Virus record (IMG/VR): IMGVR_UViG_3300028888_000135
Span: 1,006-65,005 of that record
Strand: one strand, 5' to 3'
From: a virus
Lineage: Duplodnaviria > Caudoviricetes
DNA: 64,000 nt
The translations under genes were made by a program, and so were the position numbers. Numbering within the stretch: the stretch's first letter is position 1; every line of letters begins with the position of its first letter. The notes beneath the pieces are model-generated. The model ran no database searches. It saw only the letters and a program-made list of their open reading frames with translations, and was not told the DNA's origin. Shown piece by piece: positions 30,324 through 42,300 of this stretch.

Positions 30324-30334
30324 ATTGTTCCTCT

Positions 30335-30427
30335 TTAATATTTATTAGCGGAGACTAAAGCAATTAAAATAATACCCACCATTGTTCCTAAAAAGAATGC
30401 ACCTAATAGCCACCATGCGCTTACCAT
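30335..30427 (-). CDS. 30-aa membrane peptide (below ORF-track cutoff)
   Basis: Hand-translated MVSAWWLLGAFFLGTMVGIILIALVSANKY; start overlaps the upstream stop. Confidence 0.55.
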   Translation of the reverse strand: MVSAWWLLGAFFLGTMVGIILIALVSANKY

Positions 30428-30666
30428 ACGATTACTCCAGCTCCGTTTCTAAGGCGATCAAATTCCTTTTTAGAAATCCAGCGAATAATATCAAAGGTAC
30501 GCTTGGAATAGGTATTATTAATATTGATTTCCTCCGCGTCTAAAACGCCAATCTTTACTTTCATAGCAATTAAAGGCGTTTCATTTTCATCATACATATT
30601 GACTACCATCGTATCAAGAATAATCCAGTTGTCAATATCATAAAAATTAGGATGCAAGTTTGTCAT
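30421..30666 (-). CDS. Hypothetical protein
   Basis: ORF track; RBS; directly after a promoter. Confidence 0.6.
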   Translation of the reverse strand: MTNLHPNFYDIDNWIILDTMVVNMYDENETPLIAMKVKIGVLDAEEININNTYSKRTFDIIRWISKKEFDRLRNGAGVIVW

Positions 30667-30689
30667 TCTCCTTTCCCCTTTCTGATAAT

Positions 30690-30718
30690 ATTATATCAGA
30701 ATTTTAGATAAAAGTCAA
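30690..30718 (-). promoter_or_regulatory. sigmaA-type promoter
   Basis: TTGACT-17bp-TATAAT. Confidence 0.8.
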
Positions 30719-30722
30719 ATAT

Positions 30723-31259
30723 TTATCTTGGTAAACCATAATCAATTATACGCAAACCGAAAATAGGATGAAAGCCAATATTAGAAGGATTATATATAAT
30801 ATCTTCTTCATTTAAATCTAAATAATTACATATTTCAGGTATGGCTCTAAAAAATGTCATAAAATCTTTTATATGTAATTGATTTATTTGAGCGCCCATT
30901 AAAATAAGATTTTCCTGATTATTATGGGCGCTTACTACCTTTTCATCTAATATTGGAATAAATCTAGGAAAATATAAAGTGGGAGTATTTGAATACTGAT
31001 CCCAACCTGTTCCTATAATAGGCGCTAAATATTTTCGTATATCTTCTGGACTAGTAAACCAAGAATACCATTCATTATATTGTTGTTCAATTGCCGTTTT
31101 TATTTCTGGCTTTATATCGTTAGATAAATTTAATATTGGATCATTTTCATATTCATCAAAAGTGGGAAGCCTAATATTGATAAATACACTATCAGAAGGG
31201 ACAATCTTTTGAACATATTCTTCACTGTTTAGGTATGGAAGAATTATACGACTCCCCAT
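30723..31259 (-). CDS. Degenerate protein-kinase-like protein
   Basis: C-terminal DII...NIG...RIIDYG resembles the catalytic loop and DFG motif. Confidence 0.45.
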   Translation of the reverse strand: MGSRIILPYLNSEEYVQKIVPSDSVFINIRLPTFDEYENDPILNLSNDIKPEIKTAIEQQYNEWYSWFTSPEDIRKYLAPIIGTGWDQYSNTPTLYFPRFIPILDEKVVSAHNNQENLILMGAQINQLHIKDFMTFFRAIPEICNYLDLNEEDIIYNPSNIGFHPIFGLRIIDYGLPR

Positions 31260-31723
31260 TACTTTTCCTCTGGCTCACCGATAAGTGAAGCAATCTTCTT
31301 ATGACGACGATTAGTATTGATTTCAAGCTTCTTACCATAACTATTAATAGAATCCATAGCCTGATTTAGCCAATTATCAATAGTATTAACATATAGATTC
31401 GCGCGCTTAAAAAAGCTATTCTGAATCTTGTCCTTCGCACGAGTAAAAGCAATTAGCTTACCAGTTTCAACAGAAAACTCGTCCTCTGGATTACAAGAAG
31501 CGATACCCACAAACTTGTTAGGCATCTTTAGTCTTGGATATAGACGAGAAGTGCGACAAGAGTCCCAAGTTCTACCAACATTATCACAATCAGGTCTAAT
31601 CTTCAAGTTCTTATCAGCATAGTCAATAAATAGATGAGAAGTATGGTCAATAATACAAATCACCTTGCGCGCATCCTCATTAACAATAAATTGAGCCTTG
31701 TCCTTAGTAATGTTAATCTTCAT
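31259..31723 (-). CDS. Conserved phage protein
   Basis: G.A.CNPED.F....GK.IAF.RA motif recurrent in phage proteins. Confidence 0.6.
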   Translation of the reverse strand: MKINITKDKAQFIVNEDARKVICIIDHTSHLFIDYADKNLKIRPDCDNVGRTWDSCRTSRLYPRLKMPNKFVGIASCNPEDEFSVETGKLIAFTRAKDKIQNSFFKRANLYVNTIDNWLNQAMDSINSYGKKLEINTNRRHKKIASLIGEPEEK

Positions 31724-31756
31724 AATTTATTATCTCCTTTTCTTTTCTTTATTTAT

Positions 31757-31785
31757 ATTATAATATAATTTTAATTAAAAGTCAA
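31757..31785 (-). promoter_or_regulatory. sigmaA-type promoter
   Basis: TTGACT-17bp-TATAAT. Confidence 0.8.
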
Positions 31786-32243
31786 TGTTTAAGTCGCCAG
31801 AGTATAACATTATAATCATTTAATTCTTCTTCAATAATAGAATAAATAATCTCCCATTCGCCGCCACCAAGACCCGCACCAATACCATATGGCATATTAA
31901 TTGTTATATTATTTAAATGTAATCCTTTAATTTCACGCTTAATTGCGTCACAACATTCGCGAAAGGCAGCATAATCTGTATTACAATTATATACACTCCA
32001 ACTATCCTGCGCGAACATACAGCACGTCCATTTACCGTCATTTTCTGCACGCATTAATATTGTACCAAGTAATTCATCAGATATAAAATCATGACATAAA
32101 CTTTGATATTGCTGAAAAGCAAACGGATATAATTCTTTAAAAGTTTTAGCAACGCCTCGTCCCATATTACCTCTACAATTTACTTGATGACATATAATAC
32201 CGGTTGGCGCTGAAAATAAATTCCCTTCTACTATTTTAATCAT
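31782..32243 (-). CDS. Macrodomain (ADP-ribose-processing) protein
   Basis: GNLF...IICHQVNCRGNMGRGVAK...MPYGIGAGLGGGEW. Confidence 0.88.
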   Translation of the reverse strand: MIKIVEGNLFSAPTGIICHQVNCRGNMGRGVAKTFKELYPFAFQQYQSLCHDFISDELLGTILMRAENDGKWTCCMFAQDSWSVYNCNTDYAAFRECCDAIKREIKGLHLNNITINMPYGIGAGLGGGEWEIIYSIIEEELNDYNVILWRLKH

Positions 32244-33055
32244 GTAAATTCCCTCATAACAATAATATTTGGATGATTACTGCGATAAATAGAATTTGTA
32301 GTATATACTTTTGTAATTAAATTTGGAATATCCATTAATGATTGGCCATTAATATGCGGTTGAAGTACAGTATTTTCGCAATGCGATGCCCATACATAAA
32401 TATTATTGCATCCCATTTCTTTTAATTGTTTTGCCGCAAGATAAAGCGTACTTCCGCGAGAAATAATATCATCTACAATAAGAATATCATGCCCGGCAAT
32501 CATATGCTTTGCGCCCAATACTTGAAGAGAATTTATTTTTTGTGTAGACCATTCTCTTTCCTTCACTCCAAAAGCAAAATAAGTGTCTCCAATAATATCC
32601 TTATACCTCTTTTGTGCGCCTTCATCAGTGAAAAATAAGGTTGCTTCTGGATATGTATTAAGTAAATATTGAATTTCTCGCTCTGGTTTTTGTACTCGTA
32701 CATTATTTAGTAATGCGGGAGTAACATTGGAATGTGGGTCATATATCTTTACTTGATTAAAATGAAGCGAATTAATAAATTCACAAAAATACTTTAGAGT
32801 AAAACATTCTTCATTTTCTTTGCATCTATCCATTCTTGCGTGCGGACAATATGGCATTTCAAGTATTAACCGTGACATTTCGGATTTTTCTCGCAAGTGA
32901 TTTACAAGAAAAAATAAATCCGCCATTTCTTCATCGGAATCATAAAGCCAAAGAATTACACATACGCCAACTAATGAACGAGGCGCATATCGTAGTCGTA
33001 AAGTTCCATCGTTAAATTTCTTAAACTGAACTTCTTCTCCATCTACCTTAATCAT
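32240..33055 (-). CDS. Ribose-phosphate pyrophosphokinase-like protein (PRS/Adps family)
   Basis: F.DG, MPY.PHARMDR, DPHS, D.GA..RY, ILIVDDIISRGSTL. Confidence 0.85.
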   Translation of the reverse strand: MIKVDGEEVQFKKFNDGTLRLRYAPRSLVGVCVILWLYDSDEEMADLFFLVNHLREKSEMSRLILEMPYCPHARMDRCKENEECFTLKYFCEFINSLHFNQVKIYDPHSNVTPALLNNVRVQKPEREIQYLLNTYPEATLFFTDEGAQKRYKDIIGDTYFAFGVKEREWSTQKINSLQVLGAKHMIAGHDILIVDDIISRGSTLYLAAKQLKEMGCNNIYVWASHCENTVLQPHINGQSLMDIPNLITKVYTTNSIYRSNHPNIIVMREFT

Positions 33056-33395
33056 ATTCCCTCACAAAATTTTCAAATTCTTGCTTACGTTCTGTAAGTG
33101 TTTTTAAAGTACAAACTGTTTCATAAGCATATTCACGCTTTATGAATATGAAATACCAATCTGGCCCGCGAAAATCACCATTTTCAATAGTGACTATGCT
33201 TTCACAACTAGAAAGCGCGACTTTCCAGTAATTTTTTATTAGTTCTAATTCTTGCTCATTATGAATTTTTGCCGCATATTTTCCTATGTGGTCATTCATC
33301 AAAACTTCTTTGGTTTTTAAAGTCGCATCTACTTCTTTGCTCAAACGGTCAAACTCATAAAAATCACAATGAACATGATAACCCAAAATATTCAT
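33048..33395 (-). CDS. Hypothetical protein
   Basis: ORF track; coupled to neighbours. Confidence 0.55.
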   Translation of the reverse strand: MNILGYHVHCDFYEFDRLSKEVDATLKTKEVLMNDHIGKYAAKIHNEQELELIKNYWKVALSSCESIVTIENGDFRGPDWYFIFIKREYAYETVCTLKTLTERKQEFENFVREYD

Positions 33396-33396
33396 A

Positions 33397-33912
33397 TTAT
33401 AAATCCTTCTTGTTCGGTATATTAAAACGTTTTGCGTTTTCTAGCGAAATAGGAGTACTTAACCATTCAAGGAAATTAGTTGCATCATGATTATTTTTAA
33501 ACCCTTCATAATGATTATAAATGCTATGTAGCCATTCATTCCAAGTAGGAAGTTCCGGATGCTTTTGTGCCCATTCATAAACAAGCTGTACTGCTTTTTC
33601 GGGATATTCACTATCAATATCATCACAGCTGCTTTTATGATTCGGAGTAATTAAAATTAGAAAAAACGGGCAATCTGCACAATCTTTTTGTACTGAGCCC
33701 TCATATTCACACATACGAGACTTTTGCCGCAAATATTCTACTGCGTCCATAGCTATTGTAGTTTCTGTCTTTTTTCGCTTTTCTGGATAAAAATCACATT
33801 TTGATTCATCTCCGCCACATTGACATATTTCTCTTTCTTTTGTGCCATAACAACGTGGTATATAACCTCCAAGGCCATCAATATCTCTTATATAACTATT
33901 ACATTTATTCAT
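33397..33912 (-). CDS. Cys-rich hypothetical protein
   Basis: Several Cys clusters (C..C.CGGD..KC; CADCPF). Confidence 0.6.
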   Translation of the reverse strand: MNKCNSYIRDIDGLGGYIPRCYGTKEREICQCGGDESKCDFYPEKRKKTETTIAMDAVEYLRQKSRMCEYEGSVQKDCADCPFFLILITPNHKSSCDDIDSEYPEKAVQLVYEWAQKHPELPTWNEWLHSIYNHYEGFKNNHDATNFLEWLSTPISLENAKRFNIPNKKDL

Positions 33913-34129
33913 TAATTATTTCTCCCATACGCTCTTGATAAGTAAATTCTTTATTACATTCCATACACTCACAAGTATGAGTAGTAATATTTCTATCAGG
34001 ATTAATATTTACTCCATTTTTATAAATGGGTGGACAATACATTGCGGTTGTTACACTATATTTTATCTTATAATAGCTTTTGCCGCAATATGGACATTTA
34101 ATCATTATATCCATTTTTAATCTCCTCAT
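33905..34129 (-). CDS. Small zinc-ribbon protein
   Basis: CPYCG...CMEC. Confidence 0.6.
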   Translation of the reverse strand: MRRLKMDIMIKCPYCGKSYYKIKYSVTTAMYCPPIYKNGVNINPDRNITTHTCECMECNKEFTYQERMGEIINE

Positions 34130-34268
34130 AAGTTCTAGTAATGTAGAAAGGGCACTCTCGTTCTTCTACAATAGGACGATTCTCCCATCGTTCCATAAAA
34201 GCAGTTATTCCGCCTGCGAGAATAATAGTTCCACCGACACAACAAATTAACTTTAATAGAAATAGCAT
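34098..34268 (-). CDS. 56-aa membrane-anchored protein (not in ORF track)
   Basis: Hand-translated MLFLLKLICCVGGTIILAGG...; RBS; first gene after promoter. Confidence 0.55.
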   Translation of the reverse strand: MLFLLKLICCVGGTIILAGGITAFMERWENRPIVEERECPFYITRTYEEIKNGYND

Positions 34269-34298
34269 ATTATTTTCTCCTTTTCTTTTTCTATATCT

Positions 34299-34327
34299 AT
34301 TATACCAAAAAATAAAAAGGAAGTCAA
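34299..34327 (-). promoter_or_regulatory. sigmaA-type promoter whose -35 lies in a 13-bp hairpin arm (34317-34347)
   Basis: TTGACT-17bp-TATAAT; AAGGAAGTCAAGA/TCTTGACTTCCTT. Confidence 0.8.
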
Positions 34328-34330
34328 GAA

Positions 34331-34957
34331 TTAATCTTGACTTCCTTCACTTATTAATTGCCATGCTAAAGGAAAATCAATGGGGTTCCAGTTATTATCA
34401 TTTATTAAACTTTCATAAATATATTCTCCCATTTTTATTTTATCACCCTGAGAGTATGGCGTGCGTGTTTCATCCCAAGATTCAATAAAATCAGCAGGAC
34501 ATTCAATTGCGGTAAAGTTAACTAAATCCTGATCAGGAGAAACACTAGATTGTATTTGATTATTTACTTTATAAATAGTATTATTGTATACAACTTTATC
34601 ATTTATAAAATAAGAAGTATTAGGAGCCCAAGTTGGAATTAAGAAACGAATTTGATAAATATTATTATCTGATACATTTCTAATCATTTGAATAAAAAAT
34701 TCATGGGCTTTTTGTACTTGTTCTTGTGTTATATTATAAAAATTAATAAGAAAATAATTGTTAAAATATTCTTTTGAAGCGGTTGGAGATTTAATAGCAA
34801 TATTAGATTCTATAATTCTTGCTATTTCTTCTTGATTATTAGAAAGATAAGATTCATAATATCTTCCATCTAATTGTATATAAAAATGTTTATTTGAATA
34901 AATTTTTGTAACAGCCTCTGTCATACCAGAGGTTTGATAACTTTCATAAACTAGCAT
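34331..34957 (-). CDS. Virion-associated protein with C-terminal CBM5/12-like modules
   Basis: GGAGG RBS at MLVYES; W.PNTSY..NDKVVYN and W.....PYSQGDKI...YESLI.DN.W.P..FP.AW. Confidence 0.65.
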   Translation of the reverse strand: MLVYESYQTSGMTEAVTKIYSNKHFYIQLDGRYYESYLSNNQEEIARIIESNIAIKSPTASKEYFNNYFLINFYNITQEQVQKAHEFFIQMIRNVSDNNIYQIRFLIPTWAPNTSYFINDKVVYNNTIYKVNNQIQSSVSPDQDLVNFTAIECPADFIESWDETRTPYSQGDKIKMGEYIYESLINDNNWNPIDFPLAWQLISEGSQD

Positions 34958-34970
34958 GGTGATACCTCCT

Positions 34971-36383
34971 TTATGTACAGAAACCAAAAATAATATATGG
35001 ATTTGACGCACTATTACCAATTGCAGTTACAGTTGAATTAGAGTATTGAATTGTATCTAAATAACTCGCAGTAGAACTGCTATAATCACGAGTAACTATA
35101 CCATTTATTGGGCGAATATTGGTTTCACCCAATTTATAGTCATTTCTATTACCGGTACTGAAATAACTATAACGTTTAGACTGCGTACTATCGTGAATAG
35201 TTATACCCACTTCCGCGTCAGAGGGTATCCAAATTTTTTCTTCTGTTGTAACAGTGGTGCTCGTATCACCGTCGTATCCAAAACTTTCTTTTTGAACCGT
35301 TTTAATACCGTTTCTTATTGGTTCATCTATTTTTAAATATAATTCATCTAAAAAAGTTTTTATAGCCGATGGTGCTTTATAATAATTACGATCTATCCCG
35401 GTAGTTAAAGCAGAGCAGGGTATAGTATTAAAATATGTAATTGTTTTACTCATCCAGGTTAATCGTACAGGATTACCATTGGTATTAATATCTTTATTTA
35501 TATCTACAATGACCATTTGAGTAGGAATACCATCAATTTTTATAGTTTTTGTAGCGCCGATTTTATAAATACTTATATCAAAACCAGAGGCAGAATTACA
35601 ATCATCAATAATATTTTTCCAAGTTTTAATATCATCACTGATACTATCCTTATCCAAGGCTTTATCATTTTCATAATCTATTAAAGGTTTAATAGAAGAT
35701 GCATATGCACTCCAACTAGTATCAGCTTTATAATCTTCTAATAGCTCTTCTGGCACATAAATAAATCCATTTCCTGAACCAATAGGAGTACTAGCCAATC
35801 CAGTAGTTACAGCGCGGTTTGGAATTAGAACATATGGATTATATAGTCGTAAAAATTTTAAACTATAATTATTTCTAAACCAAAGGCCATTAAACCAGTC
35901 TGCATTCGAGTTATGATTTAAAATATTTGCGTTCTTTCCTATGGCCACATCACGTAGCCAGTAATTGTTCTGGAAACTAGCTTGCATAGACTGCGATTCA
36001 GTTGGAGAAACCGTGCTATTAGGTATTGGGTTGCGAGCGCCCATTAAATTTGGTAAATCTAATGATTCTAGTTTGGTATTATGAAGAAATTGTATATAAA
36101 ATTCACTATGGTCATGTAAAAAACCATATTGACTTTCTATATATTGCAAACTCTCTAAATCAATTTCTTCCAATTTATCATTACCTATAAAGCCAATTTG
36201 TTGCTGAACATTTGGAAATTTAATAGATTTTGCATTTGTATCTAATAATACTATTCCATTATAGTTGGCTCTAGGATTGTCATCTATACTAATTAATTCG
36301 GGTATATTAATTTCAGTTAAATTAGAGGACTTTGAAAAAAAGTCCTCTAATTTGTTTAAACTAGTAATTGGGTCGTGTATCAT
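34971..36383 (-). CDS. BspA-like LRR protein with C-terminal lectin-like (DUF6273-like) domain
   Basis: I..P.L/L..L.LP.L repeats, IYVP..LL..YK...WS; C-terminal WIPS..EV and FGFC. Confidence 0.55.
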   Translation of the reverse strand: MIHDPITSLNKLEDFFSKSSNLTEINIPELISIDDNPRANYNGIVLLDTNAKSIKFPNVQQQIGFIGNDKLEEIDLESLQYIESQYGFLHDHSEFYIQFLHNTKLESLDLPNLMGARNPIPNSTVSPTESQSMQASFQNNYWLRDVAIGKNANILNHNSNADWFNGLWFRNNYSLKFLRLYNPYVLIPNRAVTTGLASTPIGSGNGFIYVPEELLEDYKADTSWSAYASSIKPLIDYENDKALDKDSISDDIKTWKNIIDDCNSASGFDISIYKIGATKTIKIDGIPTQMVIVDINKDINTNGNPVRLTWMSKTITYFNTIPCSALTTGIDRNYYKAPSAIKTFLDELYLKIDEPIRNGIKTVQKESFGYDGDTSTTVTTEEKIWIPSDAEVGITIHDSTQSKRYSYFSTGNRNDYKLGETNIRPINGIVTRDYSSSTASYLDTIQYSNSTVTAIGNSASNPYIIFGFCT

Positions 36384-39300
36384 GCATTATTCGCCTCCTC
36401 AATAAGGCTATTTACTGTAGCTTGATTACCTTCGGTAATTGGTACAATACGCTCTTTTGCCGTATTTATTAAATATGTAGGAATAGAATAGTTATTTGCA
36501 TTTGTAGAATTATAAATATCATCATAAATTGTTGAATTGACATAAAGAGTATTGGAACTATTTAAGAAGTTATCAAAACTTCCTATGGCGTCTGTAGCAT
36601 TAATAATTGGTAGTGTAGCATTAGGTGTTATAATAATACAATTTGTTACTCTATAGAAGCAGCTACTATCTACTATTATATGACCAGTATTATTAAAAAT
36701 AATAATAGCATTATTTATACCATAAAAACAATGGTCACCTAAAGTAATATCACCATTACCATTAAAAATAAGATAATTCCGAATATTATTATCAGTAAAA
36801 TTAGCGAAACAATATCTTCCAATCGTTGTCGCGGTTGTTTCTAATTTTACAAAATTAGTATTATGATAAAATGCACCGTCATTAATTGAAGAAATATTAT
36901 TTAACGTACATTTAGTTAACTTATTTAAGAAATAATTAGTATAATAATCATCTGTTTTATAATAAGTCAACAAAATATCTTGATCACCAGTGACTCGTAA
37001 ATTAAAATTAGAGTCAATGCGTGGATTCCAGCCCAAGAATTGATATTTACGTTCATCTATTGGTACGTTTAATTCATTACTTCCATCCGCGGCTAAAACA
37101 TTTATAGCTGGTTTATATTGTTCCAAGGCGCTTGCTGTGATTGTATTCCCAACGGTTGTTCCTGCAATTACTGTACGTCGTAATACAGCTATGGGGTCGC
37201 CAACTTTTTCTCCATTAATATTTGTATTATATACAGAAATATTATACACAGTTGGTTCATCATGATTATAAACGGCATACCACGCTTCTACCTGAGCTTG
37301 TTTATTTACAATATTGATAGTAGCATAAACACTTGCACGTTCATCGTCATTAGGATAATTTTCCGGTATATTGGAATCGCTTGTCCAATGCTTTAGTTTA
37401 TAAGTATAATAATCCTTAATGAAATTATTAATAGTAATACCAGTAATTTCTTCACCCGCGGCTAGATAGGTATAAATAATTTTGGGTTGTACATTTTCAT
37501 CTAAATAATGGTATTCCATTCTATACTCATCGCGCGGTATTGGTCGTACTTCCAACAAATCACTTTGAATATTTATTGGTGCAGGATTCCATCCACCAAA
37601 TCCAATTCGTGTTGGATGTTCTGATTTATTTTCTTCAGTTAAACCATTATAATTATCCAAATATTTATCAGTAAAGTATGAAGTTGGACCCTCTATACTA
37701 GTACCTTTTACAACACTACTTATTCCAATTAATTCTCTATTAAATCCATAGAAATAAACATTATAATATTCATCATATCCATCTTCTGTTTTTCCATAAA
37801 TCTTAAAATCAAACTTTGCGGTAATATCACTTGCTGTGAAGTTTGCGGGTAAAGCGGTTTCAAGATAAATAGTACAATTTTTAACACTAGCATTTATTTT
37901 ATCTAACTGATCAAAAAATTCTTTAAAATCATTGCCAGACATAACAAATATTTGATTACTTAATGAACAATTAGTAATATTATCATTATCTGTAATAATT
38001 TCAGGAATATTTAATGATGTTTTTACTGATTTTACTATAGGTTTATTATCTTCATCATATTCATAAGTATAATCAACTAAACCAACATTATCTAATACTA
38101 CTGAAGTAATATTACTATAATCATTATTTCCATTAAAGAGAACTTCGTGCTTACTATCAGTAATCTCGTCTGCCGGTAAAAATGCTCCTATAATTAAATT
38201 CTCTAAATAAGGCTGATTTATAATTCTAATAGTATTAATAGTTGTAGGGTACTGAATAGTTTTTAATACGCCGCCTTGTGGTAAATTGACATTTGTAATT
38301 TGAGTGCCACTTAAATAAATGTATTCCAAATTATAACATTCATTCACAGATAAGTCTGCTGTATAAGCAGCATAATTACGCAAATCAAATAATCTTAATA
38401 GTTTGTTACCAGATAAAGAAATAGAAGTCAAACGAGTATTAGTTATATTAGCACTTCCTAGACGCAATGTTTGAAGTCTAGTTGCTCTAGTAAAATCAAC
38501 ATTTAACAAGTCTAATGATGCTAAGTTTTCAATTGAACTAATTCTAGAAGCTGGTGAGACGCTAGACTCTACACGGTCTGAACCTCCTTCTCCTGTAGCA
38601 TTACGTTCAATTATTCCTGACTGTCCGGCCGCTAAACGAATAGTAGTAGGAGCGCTATCTTGTGCACCAACTTTAAATGTTACATAAGCGTCTGCATAAA
38701 CAGATACTGGAATATGTAATAGGCCACTTCGCGCACCTAAAGAGATAAAATCTGTATTAGCGTCTATTGCATACTTGCTATTAAAATATTTAAATCTATT
38801 TTCTAGCCACCATTTACGTTGTTCTGTTTTAAGACCTAACAACATAGGAAGTGCACGAGTATCACGAGTTAAAGGCTGATTATTTGCGTCATATGCAGTA
38901 ATCCAGTCAATATATTTTGCATCCATATCTTCATTAACGACTGTTTCAGACCACACCCCTTGGTGTGCTTCAAAACTATTTTCAAGAGAAGTATATGAAA
39001 TATTAGTTTGAAATCGTGTATACATACTCTGAATTTCAGATGGAAATACTTGTGTAAAAGCTACCCATAATTTTGATTGTTGTCCATTAAATATTGGTGA
39101 GCCGTTTGGCTGCAAATCTCCTGTTTCATAATGATAATCAAAAGTATAAACGCCTACATTATTAGTACCTATAGCAGTATCCATATCATAAGGTAAACTA
39201 AACCATCCAGTATACGTATCGCGTGTAGAGGTTGAAGAAGCAAGTTCAACTACATTACTATCATATGCATTATGCCAGCTAGAGCTGTTAGGTCTGGTAC

Positions 39301-42300
39301 TACTAACCTTATAGCGAGTTAAAAACATATTTTTCGCGCGGTTATCAACCATAAGGAAAAATTCTGTAAATACATAAAAGAATGTAATTAAATTCATATT
39401 AAAGTATTGTTTAAATTCTCGTTTAAATGCTTCTTCTTCTGCTGTTTTACCTGTGCGCGCGGCATTTGCAATATCTTCAGAAGTTGTAGTAATATTAAAA
39501 TGTACACTAGATTTGGTATTATCATCCCATATTACTTTGCTACTTACCCAATGGACCATTTCACGCAAACCAGCTAAACGATCAGCAATCTGTTCGTCAG
39601 TATATGGATCTTCTTTTTTTGTCAGACTATCATCATCATCTGGGAAACGTGTTTCAAAAGCTGTACGCCAATTTTCCCAAGTTGGATCTTCTGATTCATC
39701 AAAGAAACATAATAATTTTTCATTATTACCTACTTCCCAACTTTCATCACCGTCTTTAAATCCATACACTTCTTCTGTGCCTTTATCATTGTTAAAATTA
39801 TATTTTCCTAAGAAAATATATTGTTTGGTTTTATTATTAAAATACCAAACAACCATTGGATAGCCATCAACGCCTTGGCGGATATTAGGATTATCACCTT
39901 GTGGTGGAGTCAATTCTATTCCTTTTACTATATCATTATATAATTTTACCAATTGTACATTATTTGCACTTTCAGAAGAAGCTACATCAGCTTTTATACA
40001 AAAAGTAAAAGTTGGAATAGAAGTGTCAATTAATTTATATCCTTCATCAGTATAACCCTCTTTTAATTCAGTATAAGTATTATCTGTATAATATTCATCT
40101 TTATTTGCAGATTTTGCAGGCTTTTTAACGTGGGTTATTCCATTTTGTCGGAAAACATTTAATTTAATTTTATAATTTTTTCTTTTATATTCTTGAGAAG
40201 AAGTACCCTGAAGAGCAACTCCAACTGAGCCACCTTCAAAGTTGGTTGTAAAACTTTTTGTACTATCTAAAGGATCAATATATTCTACTACGATTTGTTT
40301 ATCTTCAGTAGAAAATGTGCCTGCTGCTTTAGTAGTAGGCATTGCATTTAGACCATCTTCATTATTCCAGTCGCCTTCTCCAGTGATAATCATATAAGGA
40401 GTGTTAGGAGAAGCTAAAGTAAAGGCGTTATCTGTCATCGTAATACGGCCCTGATTCGCACCATAGTTATTACGATTAAAATAATTTATTTTATTCTGAT
40501 AAATATCTTCATTAGCAATCCAATTTTTAATAACTTCTGGGAATGTTAATGGTCTATTGTAAAAACGAATAGAATAAATATCTAAGGTACATTTTTCTGA
40601 TCCGATTTGAATAACGCCTTTAGAAATATCTGCAAAATTTAAGGCTGTTGTTTCATATATAGTGGCCGCGGATAAAATACCATTTATATATATTTTAAAT
40701 AATTGATATAAAGGACCGTTATCACTATTTTCTACAACAATAGTAATAGTTAAGCGTTCTTCTTCTTTAAATTGAGTTTTTAATTCAGTTGTATTATTAA
40801 TAGTTAATCCTTGAGGTGTAAAAATAATAGATTTACTTTGCGCGTTATCCTGCTCAAAGCAAGAAATAATTGGCGCTGTATAATCAGTAACGTTAGAAGT
40901 TTGAAAATCAATTTCAAAAGTCATACCATCTAAAATTTTACCATTAGAAATAGAAAAATTAAACACAGGTAAATTAATATTGACTTTATCACGGTTACGC
41001 AATCTTAAAAAGTTATGACCATTTGCGTTACGAAGCCAACCATCATAATTATTTTCACTATAAAATAAGAAATTATTATTTAATGTTCCATAATACTGCT
41101 TATAAGGATCGTCATTTTCTAGTACAGCGGTATTAGTCCATTGTATTAAATCAGAATTATTTCCTACATTTGTTCTACCTTCAGCATCTAATTTTACTTT
41201 TAATCCTTCATCTACAATAGAAAAATCATAGGCGGTGCTTGTAATAACTTCTAATTGAAGAATTTTTTCCACGCCATTAGCTTCAATACGAATGGTTAAC
41301 GTGCCACCGGCTTGAGTTACAGGATATTCAAAAGTATTATGTTCTGCCGGAACTCTATAAGGAATTGGCGTTGCTGAATCATTAATATAAAAATTAACTA
41401 AAGTAGTTTCCATATTTGGAGTTACTACTAAATAATCAAATCTAAGAACATTATATTGTTCTATAGATGTTTGTGTAAGATTAGTAACGATTCGTGTATT
41501 ATTACTTTCACCGCAAAGTATGCCATAAGATAAAACATTAGATGTAAGTGTTGAATTTAAACCATTATTTGTAATACTAGCAGTAAACCAAATCTTTAAT
41601 ATATGATCTCCCGCAGCAGGAATTGCGAAAGTAACACTACGTAAAGATTCAGAAGTGCTTACATTACCTGTTAAAGTAATATCATTATCATCTATTTGTA
41701 TATGTAAAGTTTTTTCTACTGTTGTAGAGCCAATCGCCGCAACATAAGGAAAATTAATAGTAGAACCTGTTTGGATTATATTATGATTAAAAGTAGAAGT
41801 TAAAACTGCATTATAAACAGTAATAGTATCATATAATGTGCGCTGACGTACCGCGGGATTACTCACTAATAGAACAAATGAATTATTACCAGTAGAAGTT
41901 ATATATTGTCCTAAATTCAATGTAAAATTAGTATTAGACATAATATATATAGTATCAACGACTATATTATTTAAACGAACGGTTAAAACTCCATTCAAAG
42001 ATTGTGGTGTATTATTTTGTGTAACCTGCCAAATAAAATTAGCTTCATAAGTATTACCTAAAGTAATAATTTTATTTACTGGGAAGATTGGAAGTTGTCC
42101 TTGCGGTATGATATTAGCATCTAATTCATATTCAATGCCACCGCCACCTCCCATTTTAGGTAACAAGACATAATCAATTTTTGTATCTGATTGAATATCT
42201 TCTTCTGATTGAGCTACGTCTTGAGTACGATCTTTTTTAAGCGCCAAATACGTATTCCCACTGTCTTGATAAGTAACAATATCAGAACCGCTATATTTTG

